From assembly GCF_006345805.1 (NCBI RefSeq), contig NC_043000.1:620001-684000 (forward strand): DNA of 64,000 nt, in the 5' to 3' direction. Made by a program: the position numbers and the translations under genes. The DNA comes from Octopus sinensis. Lineage: Eukaryota. Under the pieces are notes generated by a model. It was not told the origin of the DNA and made no database searches. It saw only the letters and a list, made by a program, of their open reading frames with translations. Of this stretch, positions 25,335 through 38,089 are shown in pieces. Each line of letters starts with the position of its first letter. The stretch's first letter is position 1.

Positions 25335-25371
<37 letters not shown>

Positions 25372-25559
25372 CGTGTGAGTGTATCTTTGTGTTTGTGCTC
25401 CACTGTTTGACTACCGTTGTTGGTTTGTTTACATTTGCATAACTAGCAGTTCGGCGAAAGTGAACGATAGACTAAGTGCTACATATTAAAAAGAATACTG
25501 GGTTTGATTTGTTCGACTAAAAATCCTCGCAGAAGTGACACATGTGAATTGAATTTTAA

Positions 25560-25810
25560 ATTGGGTGAAGGCGCATGACGTTGTAGTTAGGGAGTTATAA
25601 TCGCAAAATCGAGGTTTCCTTCCTTGACCAGATAGTGGGTTGTGATCTGGGGCAAAATATTCCATTTCCCTTTGCTCCAGTTCAATAACCAGTAAATCAA
25701 TGACCAGAGGTCCCATTCAGGGAAAATGTTGCGACATCAGGCCACTTATAGCCCGATGGAAACCGGGGAACCGCTCCTATGTGTCCTATGACACGAGACA
25801 GTAATGTCAA
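25560..25810 (+). mobile_element. Family D SINE, highly degenerate
   Basis: GAAGGCGCATGACG..GTTAGGG head and GGAAACCGGGGAACCG tail motif shared with 59545-59790. Confidence 0.45.
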
Positions 25811-25811
25811 A

Positions 25812-25861
25812 TTGATGATGATGATGACGTTGATGATGATGACGACAATGATGATGATGAC

Positions 25862-25907
<46 letters not shown>

Positions 25908-25929
25908 TTGATGATGGTGGTGGTGGTGG

Positions 25930-25961
<32 letters not shown>

Positions 25962-25962
25962 C
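25812..25962. repeat. (GAT)n/(GGT)n microsatellite
   Basis: Direct inspection. Confidence 0.95.
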
Positions 25963-26394
25963 CTTCGCCGATTTTTCTTTTACAGCACGGAAAACATCTT
26001 GCAATATCAGTGAATGTATTGCTGTTTTTGTTTAAAAAAAATGTTTATATATATATATCGAGGTACAAATTTTGCTCAAGCATGTGACTAATTAATAGGT
26101 ACACTTTATTGACAAGCATAGGCTTTCTTATAATCTATCCATGCTATTGTTACAATGATGTCCGTTTCTCATTGATATATATGTATTGTGTTTTTAACAT
26201 AAAAATGCCTCTGAATAGATTATATCTGAAACAAAAACCACAGCCTTCTTTTCTAGTATGATACACAGATGTGTATATCAATGTGTATTTGTATAAGTGC
26301 AAAAAGACACTCACGCACACACACACACACGTACACACATGCTTGCACACACACACACATACACAAACACACTCAACCACACATACACACACAC

Positions 26395-26960
<566 letters not shown>

Positions 26961-27149
26961 TATATATGTTTATTAGTTTCTTTATTAACCACACAGGGCT
27001 GAACACAGACGGGATAAATTACAAAATAGAGCTTTTCTTTTTGGGGAGAGAAAAAAAGTAGGATAAGTTTTCGATCAAAAGAGATTGTAAAAAGGAAAGA
27101 AAAAAAGAAAAACAGAAAAAAAAACGATCCAAGATGCCTTCTTGAAGTT

Positions 27150-27870
27150 TTCTGACTTCTTTCGATGAATTCCAAAAAATACAAAACTCTAATCTTCAAT
27201 GTTCGCTTCTCTGACTTCAATGCACTTGCAGTGCTTTTGCCATTTTGTGAAGACCCTATGGAGGTCCTTCAAAGTGAAAGTATCCAGAATCCTTGCCACA
27301 GCCTCCTTCATCTTCAAAACGACTACCCTTGAAATTCTCCTTCAGCTTGTGGAACAACTAAAACTGACAAGGAACAAGGACCTGGTCTGTAGGGAGGATG
27401 TGGGATAATTTTGATTCCCAACTTTATCGAGTAGTTTGTTACAAGGATGCACGCCATTGGGCATTCTGGGAACAAACTTTGCACACATTTTATGCACGTT
27501 CAGATGTTCATGAGTAATTCAGTGTATAGGTGACACACCAACTCCAAACTATACTTGTTATCTTTATAGAAACACGACAGTTTTCAGGCAGAAAATACCG
27601 CATTTTCTCAACCAGATCTGATGTTCTACGTCCTCTCCCTCCCACATTTCACATCGCCTGACATCTCCTCTCTATCGTCTTTGCATCCCTCGTGCTATCA
27701 AAGCAGTTAATCCATAAGGAATCTGGAATTTTCCTTAAGTTTCTGTAATAATTTTGCACCGTCTAACGCAAGGCTTTATTGCATAGCAAGCTTCCAAGTG
27801 TCCCGACTACATTCTTCAATCTAGTCAGCTGTGACAAGCAGTGTTTAGTAGGAACGTGCCTCGTATGTTT
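27150..27870 (-). mobile_element. mariner transposase remnant
   Basis: Minus strand LHKMCAKFVPRM (WVPHEL-like), LDKVGIKIIPHPPYRPG (YSPDL-like), FHKLKENFKGSRFE, RVFTKWQKHCKCIEV; internally deleted, frameshifted. Confidence 0.8.
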
Positions 27871-27929
27871 ATAACAGGAGTTGAAGGAACAAGTGTGTGT
27901 GTATGTTTGTATATATACATATATGCATG

Positions 27930-27963
<34 letters not shown>

Positions 27964-27973
27964 TGTGTATGTA

Positions 27974-28007
<34 letters not shown>

Positions 28008-28859
28008 CAGTATGTATGTATTTATCTCTCTCCTTATCAATATATATATACATGTATTTGTATATAACACGCACACATATGTATGTGTATGAGTGCATCT
28101 GTGTGTGTACATGCTTGTATGTGGGGTGCTTGTGCGCGCACGGGTGTATGAATAACTGGTTAATCACGTGTATAGAGAAAAACTTAAGCGTGCATACAAT
28201 AGGCATATAAATATAATATAATATTGTGTGTGTGTGTGTGTGTGTATATATTATATATTATAAATATATATATATATGTGTGTGTGTGTATATGCTATAT
28301 GAATATGTAGGTATATACATGATAGATGCGATTATATATGTGTGTGCGTATGTGTATGTACACATGTATACATGGATTCATACGTAGCCACATACATATA
28401 CACACCTACTTGCGTGCAGAAGTACTTTGCACGTCTATGTCATTGCTGTTTTTTCTTTTGTTTTTACCTATCTACATACAATCGTACGGGTAAGTCATGG
28501 ATGGGTGTTATTCACATCTTCGGTTTAGTCACATGCGTGAACATGTATTTGCGTATATGCATGGCTAGTTTAATACCCACCACCATCAACGCCACCACCA
28601 ACACCACCACTACCACCACCACCACCGTCATTATTTTCCTCTTTTCATATCACCTTTTTTTTCTTTCCCCTTTTAAAAGTATTGATTGCTTATCGATAAA
28701 CAGAACTGATAGTTTTAAACTGTTTCGATCGTAACACATTGTCCCTTCCCTTCATTGTTCCAGACCAGAATTCCAGTTCCTTTCTTTTTTTCTCCCTATT
28801 GATCTACACCCTTTCGTGTTAGTATACACATGGCTGGATCACTGCGTGCGGCAGGCATA

Positions 28860-29079
28860 CCTACATACATACAAACACAGACACACACACATACATACAT
28901 ACATACATACATACATACATACATACATACATACATACGCACATACATACATACATACATACATACATACATACATACATACATACGCACATACATACAT
29001 ACATACATACATACATACATACGCACATACATACATACATACATACATACATACATACATACATAAATATAAGCATACA

Positions 29080-29111
<32 letters not shown>

Positions 29112-29513
29112 CATACATACATACATACATACATACACACATATACATACCTACATACATACATACATACATACATTCATACATACATACGCACATACAT
29201 ACATACATACATACATACATACACACATACATACATACATACATACATACATACAAACACAGACACACAACATACATACATACATACATAATTACATACA
29301 TACATACATACGCACATACATACATACATACATCATACATACATACATACATACAAACACAGACACACATACATACATACATACATACATACACACATAC
29401 ATACATACATACATACATACATACATACATACATACATACGCACATACATACATACATACATACATACATACATACATACATACGCACATACATACATAC
29501 ATACATACATACA

Positions 29514-29545
<32 letters not shown>

Positions 29546-29613
29546 CATACATACATACATACATGCATACATACATACATACATACATACATATACATAC
29601 CTACATACATACA

Positions 29614-29645
<32 letters not shown>

Positions 29646-29670
29646 CATACATACATATAAGCATACATAC
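28860..29670. repeat. (TACA)n tetranucleotide array, ~800 bp
   Basis: Direct inspection; source of the MYVC/HTYI ORFs. Confidence 0.97.
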
Positions 29671-29973
29671 GTATCATGCATACCATGCTTAAGCACGCAT
29701 ACAATATATACACATATATGTACATGCATGAATTACATATGTATATATATATATATATGTGTGTTTCTGTATGTGTCTCTGTGTGTGCCTGTGTGTGTAC
29801 ATACAGATGGACTTACATACAGGCACGCACGCATGCGTACACACATACATATAGATATACAAGTCGGACGTATATACAGGCGCGCGCGCACACACGCACA
29901 CACATACACACATTCATATACATAAACATGTACATATGTATAAATGCATGTGTATGCATATGTAGAATTGTGC

Positions 29974-29979
<6 letters not shown>

Positions 29980-30012
<33 letters not shown>

Positions 30013-30080
30013 ATTTATATATATATATATATTATATATAATATATACATATATATATATATATATACATATATACTATA

Positions 30081-30154
<74 letters not shown>

Positions 30155-30156
30155 AC

Positions 30157-30187
<31 letters not shown>

Positions 30188-30191
30188 ATTA

Positions 30192-30222
<31 letters not shown>
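29980..30222. repeat. (TA)n microsatellite
   Basis: Direct inspection. Confidence 0.95.
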
Positions 30223-30761
30223 TTACACGAGAAGAAGCAACAGAATGGATTGGTGTTTAGTACATTGTTTCATACAAAGACAGGCTTTATTACAGTTGCA
30301 AAAATGCAGCAGATAAAGTGTCCCGCACTCATCAGCTAAAATACTTTGAGTTCTCTAGACATCTTATGGGTGACGTTATATCATGAGATATTGGAGATAG
30401 TTCCATTAGAGGCATATAGGTTGTAAACAGTTTCCAAAGTTCCTTATGATGATGTACAGTCTTACACGATTTTAAAAAACTATTAGTTGAATCAATCATA
30501 GTGTAGATTTAAATTTCCAGAGATATGAAGAGGATGATGCACAACTTATCACAGTTTTTAAAGACTTATTAGCTTACAGAAAAGGGAATTAATCCATAGT
30601 GAGATTACATTCCAGTGGTAAGATGTAGGGATGTTCATACTTACAGACGATGTATTTAACCATTATTATATATATTTACATATATATAGATATATATATT
30701 ATATATATATATATATATAAGCCAACGCACACATATACATAGATATATATTCTTACATTTA

Positions 30762-31181
30762 TCTTAATATATAAAACAAAGTTTGGGTGTGTGTGTGTGT
30801 ATGTTCCTTATGGATTCGAAAACTGAGTTGCCGATTTTGACGTATGAGGTAGGAAAATATTCAGTAATATTTCGGCTACCTAATAAAGCATGTTTTTTGT
30901 AGAACAACTCTTTTTTACATCAAAAATAACCTCAAATCATCTCAAAAAGGAGGTCGGGTCGCACAATTTTGAGGTCTTTAGCTAAGGGAATCATCTCTGC
31001 CTGAACATGCAATCTGGACATCTTTCTTACTGCTAACCATTCAACTTCAAACTACAATTGTTAATTGTTAGAATTCAAGTAGACTGAGATGTACAAATAG
31101 TGTTACCAAATAAAGTGATAGTAATCCACTAGCTTAAATCTGAAGCCACTAAGCCTTTAAACATTATTTTACTGGGTCTAG
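30762..31181 (+). mobile_element. Non-autonomous Helitron-like element
   Basis: A|TCTTAATATATAAAAC + (TG)n + TTCGAAAACTGAGTTGCCGATTTTGA; candidate end CTAG|T at 31178-31182; terminal hairpin not clear. Confidence 0.4.
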
Positions 31182-31675
31182 TATTTAGACTGTCGCCATG
31201 ATAGAGTATGACCTTAATTTATCATACTCCACGTGTGCCGATTCTTCTTATAAGAATGAAACAAACAACATTGTGACTGTATGCATTGCTTGTACATACA
31301 TGCACACACATATGCATACATATATGTATATATATATATATATATTATATATATATATATATAATATATATATATGTAGTTGTATGTATGTATGTATGTA
31401 TGTATGTATGTACGTATATAGAGATAGATAGATAAAATTGGAAATGGATGCGTGGCGTTCGATCATATAATAATATAAACAATATATAAACATATGCATA
31501 TATACATACATATATGTACATACCTACATCTATATGTATATATACATCCCTATATGGCTTCAGGACATAAAAAAAACGTTGGACACAATGAGAAACGAAA
31601 ACATAAAAACAAAAACATGGAAACGAACTTGTATGTATATATGCATGTGCAAGTATATATGCATATATTAATATA

Positions 31676-31728
<53 letters not shown>

Positions 31729-32719
31729 GAGAGAGAGAGAGGAGAGAGAGACTGATAGATAGATACAACACGCACACACACATATGTATATGTATATATA
31801 ATAATGCATATAGACATATAGATATAGCCATGTGTATGTGCTTCTATCTATTAGCGAACATATCATGCACCAATGAATTTTCTTCCGCTAGTATTTTTAA
31901 TGACATTTTCATTTGATGAAAATGTCTACCGGATATATAAAACTGACAATATACAATCCATAGATGACTGTACTTGAAGCATACTCTTAATTTCATCACT
32001 TAAGAAACTTTATGTTATTTTATCAAAGTTAACATTTAACGATCCACTCTATGTCTAGAAGGCGTTCCAGCCGTGGACAGTCATCACGCATAGTATATTT
32101 CATTCAGGTATAAAATTATAGGGTATGCAAATCTACAGTATCGAAAATATTCACTCTTTCTTTAAAAACTGTGAGATATGGTTTATGAGAAATTCAGCAG
32201 CTATTTCTAATATGTATAATGGTAAAACCTTTTTAGACGGTACTTAGATTAGATGCTGCTCTTTGGCTCCAAGTAATCTTTGGTCGGTGAATATATGAGA
32301 CATCATATATTGGTCAATAAATGATCATCAATATATATCATACAGGTGGATGTATCAGAATATGACAGACGTCTTTTTCTCGTCCATTTTATATCTAGGA
32401 CTATATTTTCTTATATGTCCTTCTTTCATAGAGTGATAGTGTGTAGTTTAAGTGAGATTTTGCTGCTTTCTTTTTTGTGAAGTGATAAAATAGGAAAACA
32501 CTTAGCTGGCTTCATTCATTGATAATTCCGACCATGATAATAATCCCAACGATGGTAATCTCGACCATGGTAATCCCGACCATATCTACTTTAATAATGA
32601 TCTCCGACATAGATGCAAAGCAACAAATTTTAGGTGAGGGATGTATTCGATTTTACCGTCCCCAGTCCTTGAGAAGTACTTTATACTGACCTGTGCTGTG
32701 CTAGTCTCTGAACTCCTTG

Positions 32720-32962
32720 AAGTTCTGGAAAAGCGCTATCGTGGTCATCTGAACCTGATGGCGTAAGATATACGTCTTCTAGAGAGAATGAGTAAAAATA
32801 TGAATGAATGACAAGAATCAAGCTGAGTACTAGTCTGGCGTTTTATTGTCTGGGGAACGTTGAAAGGCAAAGTTGCTTTCGATGGGATTTGAACGGGATT
32901 TGCAGGGAACGGGAATAATTGCAACAAAGCATTTTATCTGACACACTAACGATTCTGCCAGT
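32720..32962 (-). mobile_element. Family C SINE, degenerate
   Basis: Reverse complement of GAAACTGGCAGAATCGTTAG...GTTCAAATCCC...GCAACTTTGCCTTTCA. Confidence 0.6.
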
Positions 32963-33039
32963 TTCCCATCTTATTTTATTTATTTTATAATAAAAATACA
33001 AAGCAAAATGAACTTCGGTAGTATTTGGATTTAGAATAT

Positions 33040-33424
33040 TTTTGGAAGCACTCCGTCGGTTACGACGACGAGGGTTCCGGTTGATCCGAATCAACGGAAC
33101 AGCCTGCTCGTGAAATTAACGTGTAAGTGGCTGGGCACTCCACAGACACGTGTACCCTTAACGTAGTTATCGGGGATATTCAGCGTGACACAGAGAGTGA
33201 CAAGGCCGGCCCTTTGAAATACAGGTACAACAGAAACAGGAAGTAAGAGTGAGAGAAAGTTGTGGTGAAAGGGTACAGCAGGGATCACCACCCCCTGCCG
33301 GAGCCTCGTGGGGCTTTAGGTGTTTTCGCTCAATAAACACTCACAACGCCCGGTTTGGGAATCGAAACCGCGATCCTATGACCGCGAGTCCGCTGCCCTA
33401 ACCACTGGGCCATTGCGCCTCCAC
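33040..33424 (-). mobile_element. Family A SINE, full length
   Basis: Complete head to tail; 11-bp TSD ATTTAGAATAT at 33029-33039 and 33425-33435. Confidence 0.9.
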
Positions 33425-34524
33425 ATTTAGAATATAAAATGATGTAGTTAAAAAGACCTGTAAAGGACTTTGTCGTTCTATGTTTCTCAGTAGTCTATGT
33501 GACGGAAGCACTACATAATGAGTACTTCTATAACGTATACTAAATTTGGTAGGGATAATTTAACTTGAGTCACCTACGGAAAAGATTGTTTGCAACAACA
33601 TATTTTTTTTATTAGTTAGGTGTTGAAGATGGAAATCTGTTCATGACATTTGTGGGTCATTTAAAACCAGTGAAAATGATGCTTTTAATGTCCTGCTTAA
33701 ATGATTTCAAAACTCCCTCACGAAAGGAATTTTAGAGGGTCGATATTTTATGGGAAGGCGATTTGGACTAAGGGGTTAGTGCAAGGCGTGGATTGGATTG
33801 GATGCAACACAGGTGATGAGAGGAAGAAATATTAGTGAGTCAAGAGTACAGAAATTGAGCGGAATGTGATTAACCAGCTTTGAAGGACAAGGAGCATTGT
33901 AATACTTTGACTCTACACAAATATTTGCTGAGAAGAGTTGTCGATATTAGTCTGGCCTCAATCCTTTGACCTGTCCAGCATATGAGGCCTTAACATGTAC
34001 TTTCGTTCCACAGAAGTAGTTCTCAGGATGATTGAGGCACACAAATCAGCACACAGCAACAAGGAGTGACCCCGTAGTGGAATACTTCAATGTGAAGTAT
34101 TTTTTTTTTTAATTCAAAACTACAAGAACTGTTACGAAAGACATTAATTTTCTGTCTTAGACGTTCGTATGATCGCATTGAGGCTCTCACTTGGAGCCTC
34201 GCAGACCTATGAAATAAAATGTTCTAGGCCTGATCTTATATCTTTGCATTTCCAGAACTTTCTTTCCTTCGTTCAGACGGTAATGTGTGATCTAAGAAAG
34301 GTTTAGCGTTTTAATATTTCTAGCATTTTGAGCAATCCAATGAATTCGTAGACGATATAGGATACAAATCACCAGCATGTTTGTCAGCCATTGAATTTGA
34401 TAGAAAAAAGCACTCGGCTTACAAAGAAGTCCTGGGGTTGATTTGTTCAACTAAGGGCGGTGCTCCAGCATGGCCGCAGTCAAATGACTGAAACAAAAGA
34501 GTAAAAGAATATATATATATATAT

Positions 34525-34569
<45 letters not shown>

Positions 34570-34576
34570 ATATATA

Positions 34577-34627
<51 letters not shown>

Positions 34628-34711
34628 TTATATATATATATAATGTATATACACTATTACATTATATATTTCATACATACTTACACACCACACACACACA
34701 CACACACATAC

Positions 34712-34770
<59 letters not shown>

Positions 34771-34983
34771 GCATGTCTGTATGAGTGTGTGTGCGTCTAC
34801 ATATTTCATGGAAATTTCCATTGAAGGCCATCCATCTAGATTACTGGTAAAGATGACTCCTCAAAAATCATCTGCAGCCAGCAGCATATACGCAGTTTCT
34901 TCTCAGGAATTCAAAATAGCTTTAACTACTCTGAATTAGATCGATGAGGTTTTCTCATAGGCAAACATCCCATATGCATTCAC

Positions 34984-35015
34984 CTCTTTCGCTTCGCCAT
35001 CTTGAATATCTCCCA
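34984..35015 (-). other. Candidate 32-nt exon
   Basis: Acceptor tttagttttccatcttag|TGGGAGATATTCAAGATGGCGAAGCGAAAGAG|gtgaat donor; contains AAGATGGCG. Confidence 0.2.
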
Positions 35016-35438
35016 CTAAGATGGAAAACTAAAGATGACGTAAGGTGGAATCAAAAAATGTGTCTATGATTCTCACTCCTCATACACATAAGTGTGTGTG
35101 TGTGTATGCATTTGTATACATATATACATACATACATACATACATACACACATAATTATATATATATACAAACATATACACATATATACATATATATATA
35201 TACAAAATATATATATATATAGGTGTATATGCATGAATGCATGTTCTATATATATATACATACATACATTATATATATATATACATATATATATATATAG
35301 ATATATATATATTATATATATATATATCTATATACTTATATATATTACAACGCAACATACACACATATATACACTCACACACACACTGTATATGCAGAAA
35401 CATAAATATGTTGGTGTATATGCATGAATGCATGTTGC

Positions 35439-35478
<40 letters not shown>

Positions 35479-35541
35479 GATACAGAGTGATAGATATATA
35501 GATAATAGGTAAATAAATAGATGGATGGATGGATAGATAAT

Positions 35542-35615
<74 letters not shown>

Positions 35616-35675
35616 GTGAGTGTAAAGAAATATACACCCGTATTTGTCAGAATCAATTTCATCAAATTATTGTAG

Positions 35676-35697
35676 GATATTCTTGGTGTTGGGTTCA
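35676..35697 (+). other. Candidate 22-nt microexon
   Basis: ttgtag|GATATTCTTGGTGTTGGGTTCA|gtgagt (consensus donor). Confidence 0.15.
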
Positions 35698-35869
35698 GTG
35701 AGTATCGGAAGAATCCACTTTGAACTGCGTCTACATTTCACAAGGTTTGGCAATTTGACATCAGGGATTCCGAGATAGAACAACATTGATTAGACGGCGG
35801 TAAATGTTAGCTACCAATCGGGGATTATTTTCTCTCAAGTTGAATTTTACGATGCGATAAAAAGAAGGC

Positions 35870-36472
35870 AGAAGGAGGAGAAAAAGAAAATGATAAAGGA
35901 AAAGAAGAAGGAAATGAATTAAAGGAGGAAGATGAAAGATGAAAATAAAAGGGGAAAGAAATTAAAGAAGAAAATGACGATATGAAAAAATATGAATAAG
36001 AAAAAAGATAAAGGTAAGCTGTAGAGGAAGAGGAGGTGAAAGACGAAGGAGGAAGGCGAGGAGGAGGAAAAGAAGAATGGAGAAGAAAAGAAGAAGGAGG
36101 AGGAGGAGGAGGAGGAGAAAAGAAGAAGAAGAAGAAGAAGAAGGAGAAATAGAAGAAGAAGAAAGAAGAAATAGAAGAAGAAGAATAAGAATAAGAAATA
36201 GAGAAGAAGAAGAAAATGAAGAAAAGAAGAAAAGAAATAGAAGAAGAGAAGAAGAAAAGAAAAGAAGAAGAAGAAGAAGAAGAAGATAAGAAGAAGAAGA
36301 AGAAGAAGAAGAAGATATGAAGAAGAAGAAGAAGGAGAAAGAAGAAATAAAGAAGAAGAAGAAGAAGAAGAAGAAATAAAGAAGAAGAAGAAGAAGAAGG
36401 AAGAAGAAGAAAAAAAGAAGAAAAATAGAAGAGAAGAAGAGAAGAAATAGAAGAAGAAGAAGAAGAAGAAAT

Positions 36473-36503
<31 letters not shown>

Positions 36504-36860
36504 ATAGAAGAAGAAGAAGAAGAAATAGAGAGAAGAAGAAGAAGAAGAAGAGAAAGAAGAAGAAAAAGAAGAGAAGAGAAAGAAGAAGAAGGAAGGAGAG
36601 GAGGAGAAGAAGAAGAAAAAGAAGAAGAAAAAGAAGAAGAAAGAGAAGAGAAAAAGAAGAAGAAAAGAAGAAGGGGAGGAGGAAGAAAAAGAAGAAGAAA
36701 ACGACGAAGAAGAAGAAGGAGAAGAAAGAAGAAGAAGAAGAAGAAGAAGAAGAAAAAGAAGAAGAAGAAGAAAAAGAAGAAGAAGAAGAAGAAGAAGAAG
36801 AAGAAGAAGAAGAAGAAGAAGAAGAAAAATATAAGGAGAATGAGAACAAAATAAAAGAAA
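35870..36860. repeat. (GAA)n-dominated polypurine tract, ~1 kb
   Basis: Almost pyrimidine-free plus strand. Confidence 0.95.
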
Positions 36861-37673
36861 ATACACCTAGTTGTATAAGAAAAGAACTACTGGTGAAGTA
36901 AAATCAGATGGAGGAGGAAGAGAAAAAATATGACAAATTTTAAAAGATATTAAAAAGATGGGAAAATCGAAACAAAAATAAAAAGCAACGGAAATATGTA
37001 AAATATAACAATAATCGAAATCAGTTTGTAGTTAGGCGAGATTGAAACTGACTCTAGTGGGAGCAACAAATTCGGTTTAATCATGCTTTCATTGCAGGGA
37101 TGTCAGATAATATTTATTTCACCAAAAAGATATAAACTAATGAGGTTACTTTGATATCATTTCCCTCGCAGTTGTGTCCACTGTGGTTTGATAATTAACT
37201 TCCTTATAGCTTATCAACATGGCAGACATGTTGGTGCAGCGATAAGTGACACGTCAGTTTTCAGTTTGATATTACTACAACGGAGTTGTAGTAATCTCAA
37301 ACATCTCATCGATACTCTTGCAAAGGAGACAGAGAGAATTACACACACACACATGTATGTATATGTCGAGGTGATTAAATATTTGTATCAACAAACTGGG
37401 ATTTAGATCTTCCATTACTTATTGTTTCACACTCGTAAACAATATGTCTGATCGTTCGATCGTTCGAATGCTTTGTCGTTAAGTTGTGAGGTAGTTACCA
37501 CAACTGAATGCGTTTAATTTTCACTAGATAATGTTTAAAATTCTTACCCATGAAACAGTTCGGATTAGGTGATGTAGCTGGTGGTTAGAAGATTGCTACA
37601 GGTTTATTGTATGGGAGAAATATGGTACAGTAGATAAAAGTGATTCTCCTTCTTAAATCCACATGCCTTTCAG

Positions 37674-37799
37674 AGTTGTGTCTCACCCGAATGTAGAAAC
37701 AAAATTAATGAGATCAGTAGCACAGCGAGTAAAGCCCTGATGTCATATTCTGGCAACAAAAGCCATTTGGGGAGGCTTTCTGAGGAGCTGGAAAGATAA
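37674..37799 (+). CDS. Candidate coding exon, unknown product
   Basis: Acceptor tgcctttcag|AGT; SCVSPECRNKINEISSTASKALMSYSGNKSHLGRLSEELER*; same frame stays open for 52 more codons to 37958. Confidence 0.25.
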   Translation, partial: SCVSPECRNKINEISSTASKALMSYSGNKSHLGRLSEELER

Positions 37800-38089
37800 G
37801 TGACAACGAGGGGCACAGCGGTAGAAACAATAACAGCAGCTCCTGGATACAACTCTTCCAATAGTTGCACAACTCGAAGCTCTAGAAATAGCAGAGATCA
37901 CTCTTTCTCGATTTTAGAAGCGAATGATACTGCAGGCCTACCTCCCGCTCAGCAGTAAACCTCATCCATATGTCAAAATGTGAAGTAAAAGGGAACTAAA
38001 TGGCGACTGTTGTAAATTCAAAGAATATAATTAATTATGGTTTTTGAAATAATTTTACATTTATTGTAAAATAAATATAAGACTATTTG

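Larger units (their letters stand above)
24382..25340. mobile_element. Non-autonomous Penelope-like/retrozyme element: 362-bp unit in tandem plus inverted copy
   Basis: 24382-24703 is the reverse complement of ~24958-25278; 24702-25340 is ~1.75 direct units; I saw only two differences between copies; both ends in (TA)n; no ORF. Confidence 0.85.

Noticed and set aside
28816-29925. 369-aa ORF and overlapping MYVC/HTYI ORFs
   Set aside because: Translation of the (TACA)n microsatellite; no coding signature.
30270-30340. Hammerhead-like CTGATGA..hairpin on minus strand
   Set aside because: GAAA is replaced by GCAA and helix I does not pair; too degenerate to call.
33230-33360. HDV-like ribozyme in family A SINE (GCTCCACGAGGC..GG..hairpin on minus strand)
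   Set aside because: Could not assign P1 and P2 pairings in register.
35919-36866. 315-aa and 295-aa poly-F/L/S ORFs
   Set aside because: Translation of the (GAA)n tract.
37207-37250. TAGCTTATCA, identical to the 5' end of vertebrate miR-21
   Set aside because: Only 10 nt match, hairpin too short and bulged for a pre-miRNA, and miR-21 is not expected in molluscs.
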